Shown piece by piece: positions 8,457-16,389 of a stretch of DNA of 56,846 bases. Position 1 is the stretch's first letter. Each line of letters starts with the position of its first letter. The stretch covers positions 1 through 56,846 of IMG/VR virus record IMGVR_UViG_3300045988_088058, one strand, 5' to 3'. The position numbers and the translations under genes were made by a program. The stretch is from a virus. The notes under the pieces are model-generated. The model had not been told where the DNA came from, searched no databases, and saw only the letters and a list, made by a program, of their open reading frames with translations.

Positions 8457-8876
8457 CTAAATTTTAGCCTTTCCAAAACGAATTCCTTCTGACACAGAAA
8501 CGATGACAGCAGGAAGAATCGTTTCCTGGTCAATTTCACCGTGATAAATCATGTCTTCGAGCAGTTTCGTGTTGATAACAGGCTTGTATTCGATAAGGCC
8601 GGAAAGTTTTTCGCACATTTCTTCAGTTTCAGCTTCGTCAACTAATTTTTCGATAATTTCTTTCAGCAGCTCTTCGTTCATAGTCGAGCGCTCAGTTTGA
8701 TAGAATGTAGCAGAAAAGTGCTTACCTTGAGCAGACTCGATGTCGTTTTCCTTCATGTACTCCTTTAGAGCGTCGCGCAAGGTTTTAACCTGCTTTTCCA
8801 TGTCGCCTTTAGTAGCGTTCAATTCACCTGCTTCCTCAATTGCTTCAAGGAACTGTTTCTCATCTTTAAATTTCAT
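8457..8876 (-). CDS. Hypothetical acidic coiled-coil protein
   Basis: 139 aa. Placement beside the SNF2 helicase recalls Gp157/Gam-like proteins of streptococcal phages, but no diagnostic motif was seen. Confidence 0.5.
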   Translation of the reverse strand: MKFKDEKQFLEAIEEAGELNATKGDMEKQVKTLRDALKEYMKENDIESAQGKHFSATFYQTERSTMNEELLKEIIEKLVDEAETEEMCEKLSGLIEYKPVINTKLLEDMIYHGEIDQETILPAVIVSVSEGIRFGKAKI

Positions 8877-9217
8877 TAGTTCTCCAATCCATGTTCTGCT
8901 TTAAATGCTCTTGCATCTTCTCTAATTGACTCTCGGTCAGTTTTCCCTACAAGAGTTCGAGTGTAGAATGCTAAGTCACCTCGCATTAAGTTATCCCTAA
9001 AGCGTCTCAACTTATTAACTCCTTCGTCATCCCAGTAACGTGACCCGCGATTGTCAAGGTCTGTTCTAGGATTTGGAAGAACGAACGGAAAATGAATGTT
9101 ATTTTCCTCAGCATATTCTTTTGCTTCGTACCATACATTAATCGTAGAGAGAGACCGGTTCAACATTTGACAGACCTCTCCTACTTTATACCAATTTTTA
9201 TCTTCTGCGAATTTCAT
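8876..9217 (-). CDS. Putative MerR/excisionase-type HTH DNA-binding protein
   Basis: 113 aa. N-terminal WYKVGEVCQMLNRSLSTINVWY resembles a MerR-like helix-turn-helix. Confidence 0.45.
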   Translation of the reverse strand: MKFAEDKNWYKVGEVCQMLNRSLSTINVWYEAKEYAEENNIHFPFVLPNPRTDLDNRGSRYWDDEGVNKLRRFRDNLMRGDLAFYTRTLVGKTDRESIREDARAFKAEHGLEN

Positions 9218-9428
9218 CTAAATACCTTTCAATTATTTTGCATTGCTCCTTGTTGAGCAGTTTGTCAAGTTTTAAAATTCTAGTTGCCAGATTTTCTGGA
9301 ATTTGAAGAAGCTCTGCCAGCTCTTTAGGTGACATATTCAGCTCTTGAGCCAGCTCTAGTGCAGTTTTCCTTCCGTTCCTGTCAGGCTTCCTTTTAGTGT
9401 CTTTCCTTAATATGGAGATAGTTTTCAT
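9198..9428 (-). CDS. Small HTH protein
   Basis: Start trimmed to MKTISIL (ATG at 9428, 1 nt after the SNF2 stop). HTH-like ALELAQELNMSPKELAELLQIPENLATRI. Confidence 0.45.
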   Translation of the reverse strand: MKTISILRKDTKRKPDRNGRKTALELAQELNMSPKELAELLQIPENLATRILKLDKLLNKEQCKIIERYLDEIRRR

Positions 9429-9429
9429 T

Positions 9430-11121
9430 CTATTTAAGCAGAATATCGAAAAGGTTACCAATCTTAGACTTCATTGGCTTACCGTCTACGATATAATCTG
9501 CAAGCTCTCCTTTCGATTCAATTAGGTCTTCTATACGCTCGTCGACTGTCCCTTTTGCAACTAGGGTATAAATTGTGACAGTATTCTTTGCGCCAATTCT
9601 ATGACACCTGTCCTCCGCCTGGTCCTTTTCAGCTCTAGTCCAAGGACTGTCTAGGAAAATAACGGTATCAGCTTTCGTCAAAGTGAACCCTGTCCCTAGC
9701 GCTCCAATAGTTCCAAGAATGACTGAAGGTTTTTCGTAGTTCATAAAATCTTCGATTTCTTTGAATTTGTCTTCCGTTGCTCCTGTCACTAAATTACATT
9801 TGACTTTTTTCGAAAGAAATTGGGTAAGCGGTTCGATAACCTTTTCCCAGTTGCTGAAAATTACGCAGGACTTTTCCTGCTGTATGCATTCTTCTACAAG
9901 TTCAATGCACCTTTCAAACTTGCTAGATTTTACATCTTGCGTGGTAAGAATTGAAGGATTTCCAGTAGCTTGTCTCAATCGAATTGTCTCGGACAAAGGG
10001 TTTGGCATGAGCTTTACCTTATCAATTTCTTCGACAAGTTTAGTCAAAACTTCCTTATAGATTTTTGACTGTTTCGAGTTCATGTCGACATATTCAGTGA
10101 CTCGAATCTTTTCAGGCAAGTCTAGAACTTCTTCCTTTGTTCTTCGAAGCATGTATTCATTCACAAGGTCGCGAAGTTCATTCAGGTTTCTATACCCTGT
10201 TATCTGGTTGAACTGGTCGACGATACAGTACCGCTCTTTGAACTGAGTCAAGGTATGATGTTCCGCTCCTAGCCATTTCATGACATTGAATACATCTATA
10301 GGATTATTCATTAAAGGAGTTCCTGTAAGGCCCATCTTGTAGTAACTCTGGAGCTTTTGAATTGAAGCCCCTTGCTTACTTGAAGGATTCTTACACTTGT
10401 GAATCTCGTCAATGATAACCATTCCAATTTCTCCGCTCTTTGTTAGTTCATTCAAGTATTTAATGAAGACAGCATCGCGAAGAGTCTCAACGTTGGTTAT
10501 AAGGAAAAATTCATCGTGGTCTGTAAGAAGGTCATCAGCTCGTTTAGAAACTCCGTCAATCACTAATTTTCCATCTTTGGTGACGCGACTTCCTAAAATA
10601 TGAGCAGATTCATTTGAGTGAACGCCTACTTCTTTTGCCCAATTCCATTTTAGACCGGATATGCAGCATACTATCAAACAGTGCTTGAAACTAGACTTTC
10701 TGCTAACAGCAATATCAATTGCCTGTTTAGTTTTTCCTAATCCTTGCTCGTCGCCTAAAAGGAAACACGGATGGTCTTTTGCATATTCGAAACATTCAAC
10801 CTGATGAGCGAAAGGAACAGTTTTGAATGAAAACTGGTCATTGCTCGAAGACGCGATTTCATTGCGCGAGTTGATATAGTTTTGAATGTCCTTGTCAAGC
10901 TCTCCGAATATATGAAGCTCCCATTCATCTAAGGCGTCTAAAACATTGTTGAAATAACGATAAGGAATTTCGAAATTATTAGAAGCCGTCTCAACAACTT
11001 TGGGCAAGCTAGATATCTTATCTGCCATTCTTATTGCATCTTCGTCAGTGCTTGCCCAAGTTTCAATGAAGATAGTTCGACCACGTCTTTCTTTTGAGCG
11101 TGCTATAACTATTTCAATCAT
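9430..11121 (-). CDS. SNF2-family DNA helicase/translocase
   Basis: 563 aa. Motif I DEQGLGKT, motif II IIDEIHKCKN (DEXH), motif VI QAEDRCHRIGAKN. Confidence 0.9.
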   Translation of the reverse strand: MIEIVIARSKERRGRTIFIETWASTDEDAIRMADKISSLPKVVETASNNFEIPYRYFNNVLDALDEWELHIFGELDKDIQNYINSRNEIASSSNDQFSFKTVPFAHQVECFEYAKDHPCFLLGDEQGLGKTKQAIDIAVSRKSSFKHCLIVCCISGLKWNWAKEVGVHSNESAHILGSRVTKDGKLVIDGVSKRADDLLTDHDEFFLITNVETLRDAVFIKYLNELTKSGEIGMVIIDEIHKCKNPSSKQGASIQKLQSYYKMGLTGTPLMNNPIDVFNVMKWLGAEHHTLTQFKERYCIVDQFNQITGYRNLNELRDLVNEYMLRRTKEEVLDLPEKIRVTEYVDMNSKQSKIYKEVLTKLVEEIDKVKLMPNPLSETIRLRQATGNPSILTTQDVKSSKFERCIELVEECIQQEKSCVIFSNWEKVIEPLTQFLSKKVKCNLVTGATEDKFKEIEDFMNYEKPSVILGTIGALGTGFTLTKADTVIFLDSPWTRAEKDQAEDRCHRIGAKNTVTIYTLVAKGTVDERIEDLIESKGELADYIVDGKPMKSKIGNLFDILLK

Positions 11122-11789
11122 AGTGAGGAAAGGTGAGAAGCTTCAATAAGCTCCATTGCGGTGTCGAGGTCAGACTCTGTGACAATTTTGAAAATTCCGT
11201 CAATTGCCCATTCGTACGATGCAGGAGCGATTGATGCAAGAAGTTTTTTCTGATCTTCTGTCAACCCTTTTGCACGAATTCCGATTGAAACACCTTTTCG
11301 AGTTTCTTCGATAGTAACGAAGTTCTTCTTAGTTCGGTAGGCGATGTAAGACTGAGTCACGATTCGATTGCTTGCAGGAAATGCTTCAGCAATTCGATTT
11401 TCAAGAGTTTTAGTGATAGCCATAACGCTCTCTTTTTTAGGAGCAGGTTTTCGAACAGTTGACTTTTCACTAATAGAGCCGACTTCTTCCGGCTGTTCTT
11501 TAACTTCAGGAATTTCTTCTTTAATAGCTTCCTTCTTAGTCTTAGGTACTACTCTACCTTTTCGAGCAGGTCGAGCAACTGCAGGAGCAGGTTTCTTTTC
11601 CTCACCCTCTGCTGTGTACCAACGTTCGATAGTTGAAGCGGATAAAGTAGTAACTGCGTCATCTACTAAAGATTTTAGCTCGGCTTTCTTCTCGTCCGCT
11701 TTAATTGAAACGACTTCGAATTGAGTAGAAGTTTTCTTACTTAAAATGATGCTTCCTTCTGTAAGCTCGCTGAATTTAATTTTTGACAT
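11118..11789 (-). CDS. Hypothetical protein with a Lys/Pro/Glu-rich central linker
   Basis: Start trimmed to MSKIKF (ATG 11789) behind RBS GAGGAGG. The longer ORF-track start would run through the promoter. It is the first gene after the class I promoter. Confidence 0.6.
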   Translation of the reverse strand: MSKIKFSELTEGSIILSKKTSTQFEVVSIKADEKKAELKSLVDDAVTTLSASTIERWYTAEGEEKKPAPAVARPARKGRVVPKTKKEAIKEEIPEVKEQPEEVGSISEKSTVRKPAPKKESVMAITKTLENRIAEAFPASNRIVTQSYIAYRTKKNFVTIEETRKGVSIGIRAKGLTEDQKKLLASIAPASYEWAIDGIFKIVTESDLDTAMELIEASHLSSL

Positions 11790-11831
11790 AATGTCCTCCT
11801 CGCCTTTCGGCTTTTTTATTTTTATAATTGT

Positions 11832-11887
11832 ATTATACAATAATGAATGAATAAAGTCAAGCACTTTTTGTAAAAAAGTTGAACTTT
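11832..11887 (-). promoter_or_regulatory. Class I early promoter cassette: GTTCAAC element, TTGACT-N17-TATAAT
   Basis: Minus strand reads AAAGTTCAACTTTTTTACAAAAAGTGCTTGACTTTATTCATTCATTATTGTATAAT. -35 at 11855-11860, -10 at 11832-11837. Confidence 0.65.
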
Positions 11888-11923
11888 AAAAAAAATAAAA
11901 ACACCCTACAGATTTGCAGGGTG
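11888..11923 (-). terminator. Rho-independent terminator closing the late (lysis) transcription unit
   Basis: Minus-strand 9-bp stem CACCCUGCA/UGUAGGGUG (one G.U; it would be A.C on plus) followed by UUUUUAUUUUUUUU. Confidence 0.7.
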
Positions 11924-12075
11924 GAAAGGGTCATATCAACCAACGTGTTGACAGTTTTATTATAAGAAAATGTTTTTAATAAGTAAATAGAGTAATATAT
12001 GACACAAAATCCCGCAAGGTTTGAACCATACGGGATTGAGAGATACATTTTAGAAAAGAGACTCCTCCTCTCTTT

Positions 12076-12441
12076 TTATAGATGCCAGTCCTCTGGCGAT
12101 ACAAGGTAGGTCGTATGGCCTACAAGGTCAATCTTAGTTCCAGGAGCAGGCATACCTACTGCGTTCACTAAAACATTTCCGCTTTCCAAAATAATGTAAT
12201 CAAGTTTTGCATTAGGCAAAATTTGACCATTTCGTAGAACTGCGCAAGAGATAAGCACGTTGTGCATAGGTCGAAAACCTTCTACGATTTTACGTCCGAT
12301 AGCATAGGTACCATTCTTATACGCTGTTCCTTGAGTGTTCAAGAATGCGTAGCACTCACCCTCTTCATTTCGTTGAAGGTAAATCTTTTCGCCGTTCAAT
12401 AGTTTGAAGTTTCCTTCAGCGTTTTCACTTACTTTCGACAT
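12076..12441 (-). CDS. Hypothetical protein encoded after the endolysin (last late gene)
   Basis: 121 aa with beta-rich composition and no TM segment. Overlaps the lysin stop by 17 nt. No motif recognised. Confidence 0.55.
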   Translation of the reverse strand: MSKVSENAEGNFKLLNGEKIYLQRNEEGECYAFLNTQGTAYKNGTYAIGRKIVEGFRPMHNVLISCAVLRNGQILPNAKLDYIILESGNVLVNAVGMPAPGTKIDLVGHTTYLVSPEDWHL

Positions 12442-13339
12442 TTGACTCTCCTTGTCTAGTTGTGATAAGTCCGTCAGGTTCTACCCTGAATGCTTCTTTG
12501 TCGGCCATACGTCCGTCTTCTAATAGCATGTAGTAACCGCCATTATATGGAACGAATGTACTTGACTTCATGTCCCCGTTGGTAGCATCACAATAATACC
12601 AGTTATCGTAATACTTGATCCAGCCGGTTTGCATTGAACCGTCGCGGTTGAAGTAGTACCATACTCCAGCGATGCGCTTCCATGACGTAGCCATGTAGCC
12701 ATCTTTATCAAACCAATACCATTTACCATCGGTATGTTTGAGCCATTTTTCGGAGTACATATAGCCTGACTCGTCAAAGTAGAACCACGATTTATTGTCT
12801 TCGATATATTCGAACTGACCTTTTGGATAAGTTCCATTAGGGCGAACGTACCAAAAACCAGTGTCGTCCTTTTGCCAACCACGTTTAGGTTCAGCGGCTT
12901 GCTTGCCTGCATTAGTTAAACGATAAACGTAGAAATAAGGACGACCAGCAGCGAGCCAGCGTTCATCGTGGTCATTTACGGAGATCCCGTCATACGCCCA
13001 ATTACAGTGAATGATATTATCACTGTCAATGAACATACCTGTATGACCACCTGCACCAGATGAATACCCTTTACGGCCCCAGATGAAGATATCTCCACGT
13101 TGGGCGTCCCAAGGTTGGTTCTCACTAATTAGTTCATAACCGTTCTTTTCGAGCCAACCATGCTCGTATTCGGTATTGACTGCCCATCCTGCTGAGACGG
13201 CACCGCCGCTTAGCAAAGCATAGTAGATAGCACTTGAACAGTCATAAGAGTCTGGACCGTTTCGGTAGTCCATGCTATAAGATACTTGCCCCTTGCGGGC
13301 TTGCATCCAAGCAATACCTTCATCAATATTTACTCCCAT
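12425..13339 (-). CDS. pal: Pal-type endolysin: N-terminal amidase_5-like N-acetylmuramoyl-L-alanine amidase plus C-terminal choline-binding repeats
   Basis: 304 aa. Close to the Dp-1 Pal sequence as I remember it ([36 protein letters not shown]). Has about 6 GW/YYF choline-binding repeats ([38 protein letters not shown]). Confidence 0.9.
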   Translation of the reverse strand: MGVNIDEGIAWMQARKGQVSYSMDYRNGPDSYDCSSAIYYALLSGGAVSAGWAVNTEYEHGWLEKNGYELISENQPWDAQRGDIFIWGRKGYSSGAGGHTGMFIDSDNIIHCNWAYDGISVNDHDERWLAAGRPYFYVYRLTNAGKQAAEPKRGWQKDDTGFWYVRPNGTYPKGQFEYIEDNKSWFYFDESGYMYSEKWLKHTDGKWYWFDKDGYMATSWKRIAGVWYYFNRDGSMQTGWIKYYDNWYYCDATNGDMKSSTFVPYNGGYYMLLEDGRMADKEAFRVEPDGLITTRQGESNVESK

Positions 13340-13569
13340 TAGGCCTCCTGATCGTTTTCAGCTGCGGCTTCCTGTTCCTTTTGGTAGTTCTTGCTAGAAA
13401 CACCAAGGACAGTACCTGCGAAGGTAGCCACAAGAGCAATCGTTCCAGTGATAGCGTCTGTATCAAATTTATACAGAATACCCAAACCAGTAATCAGTGC
13501 AATCGCTGCTGGGACTACTACGGTTACGGTGCGTTTCGCTACGTCGTATTGTTCGTTAGATAGCTTCAT
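13339..13569 (-). CDS. Holin (small, two TM segments, charged C-terminus)
   Basis: 76 aa immediately upstream of the lysin. TM segments [17 protein letters not shown] and [16 protein letters not shown], with an acidic tail. Confidence 0.75.
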   Translation of the reverse strand: MKLSNEQYDVAKRTVTVVVPAAIALITGLGILYKFDTDAITGTIALVATFAGTVLGVSSKNYQKEQEAAAENDQEA

Positions 13570-13990
13570 TTATATCCTCATCCTCTCTAATTGGTAACTC
13601 CTTGTATTTATCAAACAAGGCTTCGACTTCACCATTACCTCCGAGATTTTTATAACTTTCGAACAAAATAGACAATTCTCTAAAGTGGTCTAAAGTTGTA
13701 TATCCTCGCATGACCTCGCGTTTTAGGTCGTGATAAAGACGGTAACGTTGAATCTTCCTAGTTCCGTCTTGTATGACGTCATTTTGGTGATTGATTGCTA
13801 CTGTCGTTTGGTCGATCCCGTCGACTTGTTGTTTTAGAGTGCTAAGGGTACTAGAGATATCCTCTAATACCTCTTTAGCTTTATTCGATTTCCATTCGAA
13901 TAACTTGTTCAACAGGACAGTAAGCACTCCGCTACACGCTGTGATAATTGTCGTTAGGACGGCCGTGTCTTTTAGCCACATTGGTATCAT
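13556..13990 (-). CDS. Membrane-anchored lysis-cassette protein (second holin or holin regulator candidate)
   Basis: 144 aa. Single N-terminal TM AVLTTIITACSGVLTVLL followed by a coiled coil. 14-nt overlap with the holin gene. Confidence 0.45.
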   Translation of the reverse strand: MIPMWLKDTAVLTTIITACSGVLTVLLNKLFEWKSNKAKEVLEDISSTLSTLKQQVDGIDQTTVAINHQNDVIQDGTRKIQRYRLYHDLKREVMRGYTTLDHFRELSILFESYKNLGGNGEVEALFDKYKELPIREDEDINEAI

Positions 13991-14001
13991 CCTAACCCTC
14001 C

Positions 14002-14271
14002 TTATCCAGCGGCTCCAGCTTCTTCAGTCTTAGACTGTTCAGCTAAAATTTCATCTTCGATTGCGTACCGAGCTTCACGCAATTTTTGTTCGTCGCCTCG
14101 AAGTTCTCCGCGGTTAGCAGCGTATAGATCTGCGTCGTGCATTGTCTCGGATACTTGCGAAACGGCGTTGGCGTCAATATTGATAATTGTAGTTTTAACA
14201 ATTTTCTTTTCACCGCCTTGGGCTACGGAAAACTCAGCTACAATTTGTCGCGTCTTTGTAAGTTCTAACAT
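14002..14271 (-). CDS. Hypothetical small protein
   Basis: 89 aa, between the fibre gene and the lysis cassette. RBS present. No motif recognised. Confidence 0.5.
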   Translation of the reverse strand: MLELTKTRQIVAEFSVAQGGEKKIVKTTIINIDANAVSQVSETMHDADLYAANRGELRGDEQKLREARYAIEDEILAEQSKTEEAGAAG

Positions 14272-14321
14272 CTTTAGTCACCTCCTTTCTATGAATTATT
14301 ATAACATGATTTCATTCTAAT

Positions 14322-16379
14322 TTAAATACGAAAACTGATATTATCTAAATTTAACCATTTATTATCTACCTGAGATTTTACCACTAATCGCCCATCGGGA
14401 TATACTCCTAAAATAGCATTTCCGTAGTCGTTATTCAGCGCTTGTAGATACATTGAACTTCGAGGTCTAAATCCTTCGGGAAGCATTGCGATAGTAGTCT
14501 CGGAACTGGTTGAACCTTTCCATACATTACCTTTTAGATAAACGATTCCATCAATGGACTTGGTGTAAAAGGCGTCCCCATAGTTTGTATAGTGGTTCCA
14601 GCCGTTTTGAAGAACTAATTTTTGCCAGCTATACTGTTCCATGTCCTGTTTAAATAAGAACTCCTTCCAGTTACCCGGTCTCCATCTACCGCCGTCATTT
14701 GCCGTGCGTAGAAACATTCTCCCGGACATTGCAGCGAAGAACTGAACCATTTTCCAGCTATCTAACCAGAAATTTTGAAATAGTCCCCACTCACCTCGCG
14801 TTCCTGTAGGATTGTCTTCGTATTTGTTACTTCGCCATGCAAACTCTGTAGCACGTTTGTTCCATACGTCGTTATGCTGACCAGCGTTCAATGCTCCATC
14901 TGGATTAGTGAGACGATGCTGCTGGATCTGTTGTCCGCGAGCGTAGATATCACCTCCGGCGTAGATGTTACCCCTTGCGTCAATAGAGCCGGGTGTTCCT
15001 TGTTCTACAATCTTACCAACTCCTAGCCGTCCGTCCTTGTCATAGTGTAGGACTACTGATTCAGTTGCTACCGTAGCACTAAATTCAGTTGACGTGAACC
15101 TGTCTTGGATTTTAGCTTTAACTATATAAGACTTATCTGGTCCGTAAGTACCAGCTAAATTAGCCGAGGAGTTAGTCAGCAGGGATATAGTAGTGAACGT
15201 CCCAGACGCTGAACCTCTATCTTCTACAAAGTTAGTAGAGTTCAGGGGTGCCACGGAGAAGGTAATTTGCATGATATTTTTCTGCGTACCTCCTACCGTT
15301 ATAGGTGCGACCTTAGCATTTCGAAGAGCTTGAATAATGGCAGGATTTTGACGAGTACGTTGAACGGAAAAATTGATAGACGGACCATAGTATTCAATGA
15401 CATTGATTTGAACATTTTGGACGTTCGATTGTTTTCCTCGCGTATCCGTTACCCAAGCTCTTACGGTAGCTGAACCATTAAAGTTCATCATCCCTAACTT
15501 ACCGCCGTTTTCATTGACCGCTAAGTTCTTACCAACGAGTTCGGCGTGAAATGCTTGGATAGTGGAGCCGTAGGCGCCGGAAGCATTGTTGAAGTTGACT
15601 TGAATGTTCGACATAATTTGAAGGAAGTTGTTACCTGTCAAAATTTGTCGAACCGCTGAACTAGTTTCTACTAAAGAAACTCCGGAAAAAGTAGGTCTTA
15701 CTGAATCAGGAATATTGAACTTCCATCCATTAGAATAGAAGTCACTGCCAATTTGCGTCGTACCGTTATAGGTTCGAATACAGATGTCCATAACTCCGGA
15801 ACTGGATTTAGGTAAGTATCTTGCTAAGTCCAGTGAAGGAGTGAAGGAAACGCTAGTAGTATGGTTCTTACCTAAATCAATCCAATCACTACCGAAAACT
15901 CGGTACCAAACTTGATGCGTAAATGAGTTCACTTTTCGATTGAAAATAATCGTATGTAAAGATCCTAGATCGCGATTTCCTTCAAAACTTGAAATCTGTG
16001 TAGACCTTGGAATAGCGTCCAAGGTGTAATTAGTAGAGATAGTGATATTTCCGTGAACGCCGTTATTCGGGTCAAAGGAAGCCCAAACAGACATCGTCTT
16101 AGTCCCGTCACTATTGTGAGGAACGGTCACTTCTCCACTTGCAAGCGTTACCTCTTCGCCGGACGTATCGTAGTCAGGGTGACTGCTATGAACACTTGAA
16201 CCATTTAACCATACGGAAAGGTTACTGATATTTCCGTAAGTCCATGTTCGATAAGCTCCGTCGCGGTCAATAGTAGCACGCCACCTAACCTTTGAAGAGT
16301 TATTAGTGACGTCCTGACTAATTTGGTCGACGTAAAGATTTAAGTGAAGAGGTCCATATGAGTTGATAAATTTTGTCAT
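14322..16379 (-). CDS. Tail fibre / receptor-binding protein with DUF859-type N-terminal domain
   Basis: 685 aa. The N-terminus (SKVRWRATIDRDGAYRTWTYGN...VTVPHNSDGTKT) matches my memory of the siphovirus DUF859 family, which lies downstream of Tal in streptococcal phages. Confidence 0.65.
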   Translation of the reverse strand: MTKFINSYGPLHLNLYVDQISQDVTNNSSKVRWRATIDRDGAYRTWTYGNISNLSVWLNGSSVHSSHPDYDTSGEEVTLASGEVTVPHNSDGTKTMSVWASFDPNNGVHGNITISTNYTLDAIPRSTQISSFEGNRDLGSLHTIIFNRKVNSFTHQVWYRVFGSDWIDLGKNHTTSVSFTPSLDLARYLPKSSSGVMDICIRTYNGTTQIGSDFYSNGWKFNIPDSVRPTFSGVSLVETSSAVRQILTGNNFLQIMSNIQVNFNNASGAYGSTIQAFHAELVGKNLAVNENGGKLGMMNFNGSATVRAWVTDTRGKQSNVQNVQINVIEYYGPSINFSVQRTRQNPAIIQALRNAKVAPITVGGTQKNIMQITFSVAPLNSTNFVEDRGSASGTFTTISLLTNSSANLAGTYGPDKSYIVKAKIQDRFTSTEFSATVATESVVLHYDKDGRLGVGKIVEQGTPGSIDARGNIYAGGDIYARGQQIQQHRLTNPDGALNAGQHNDVWNKRATEFAWRSNKYEDNPTGTRGEWGLFQNFWLDSWKMVQFFAAMSGRMFLRTANDGGRWRPGNWKEFLFKQDMEQYSWQKLVLQNGWNHYTNYGDAFYTKSIDGIVYLKGNVWKGSTSSETTIAMLPEGFRPRSSMYLQALNNDYGNAILGVYPDGRLVVKSQVDNKWLNLDNISFRI

Positions 16380-16389
16380 TTCCTTCTCC

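Noticed and set aside
11857-12048. 63-aa ORF spanning the terminator and promoter region
   Set aside because: It runs through a class I promoter and a rho-independent terminator, has no RBS, and its translation is an AT-rich artefact.
12568-12912. 114-aa ORF in another frame within the lysin gene, and similar same-strand overlapping ORFs (2903-3106, 3278-3580, 17544-18032, 18246-18431, 28366-28560, 31470-31670, 42242-42514, 47696-47932)
   Set aside because: They are embedded out of frame in genes with strong functional signatures. They lack independent translation signals.
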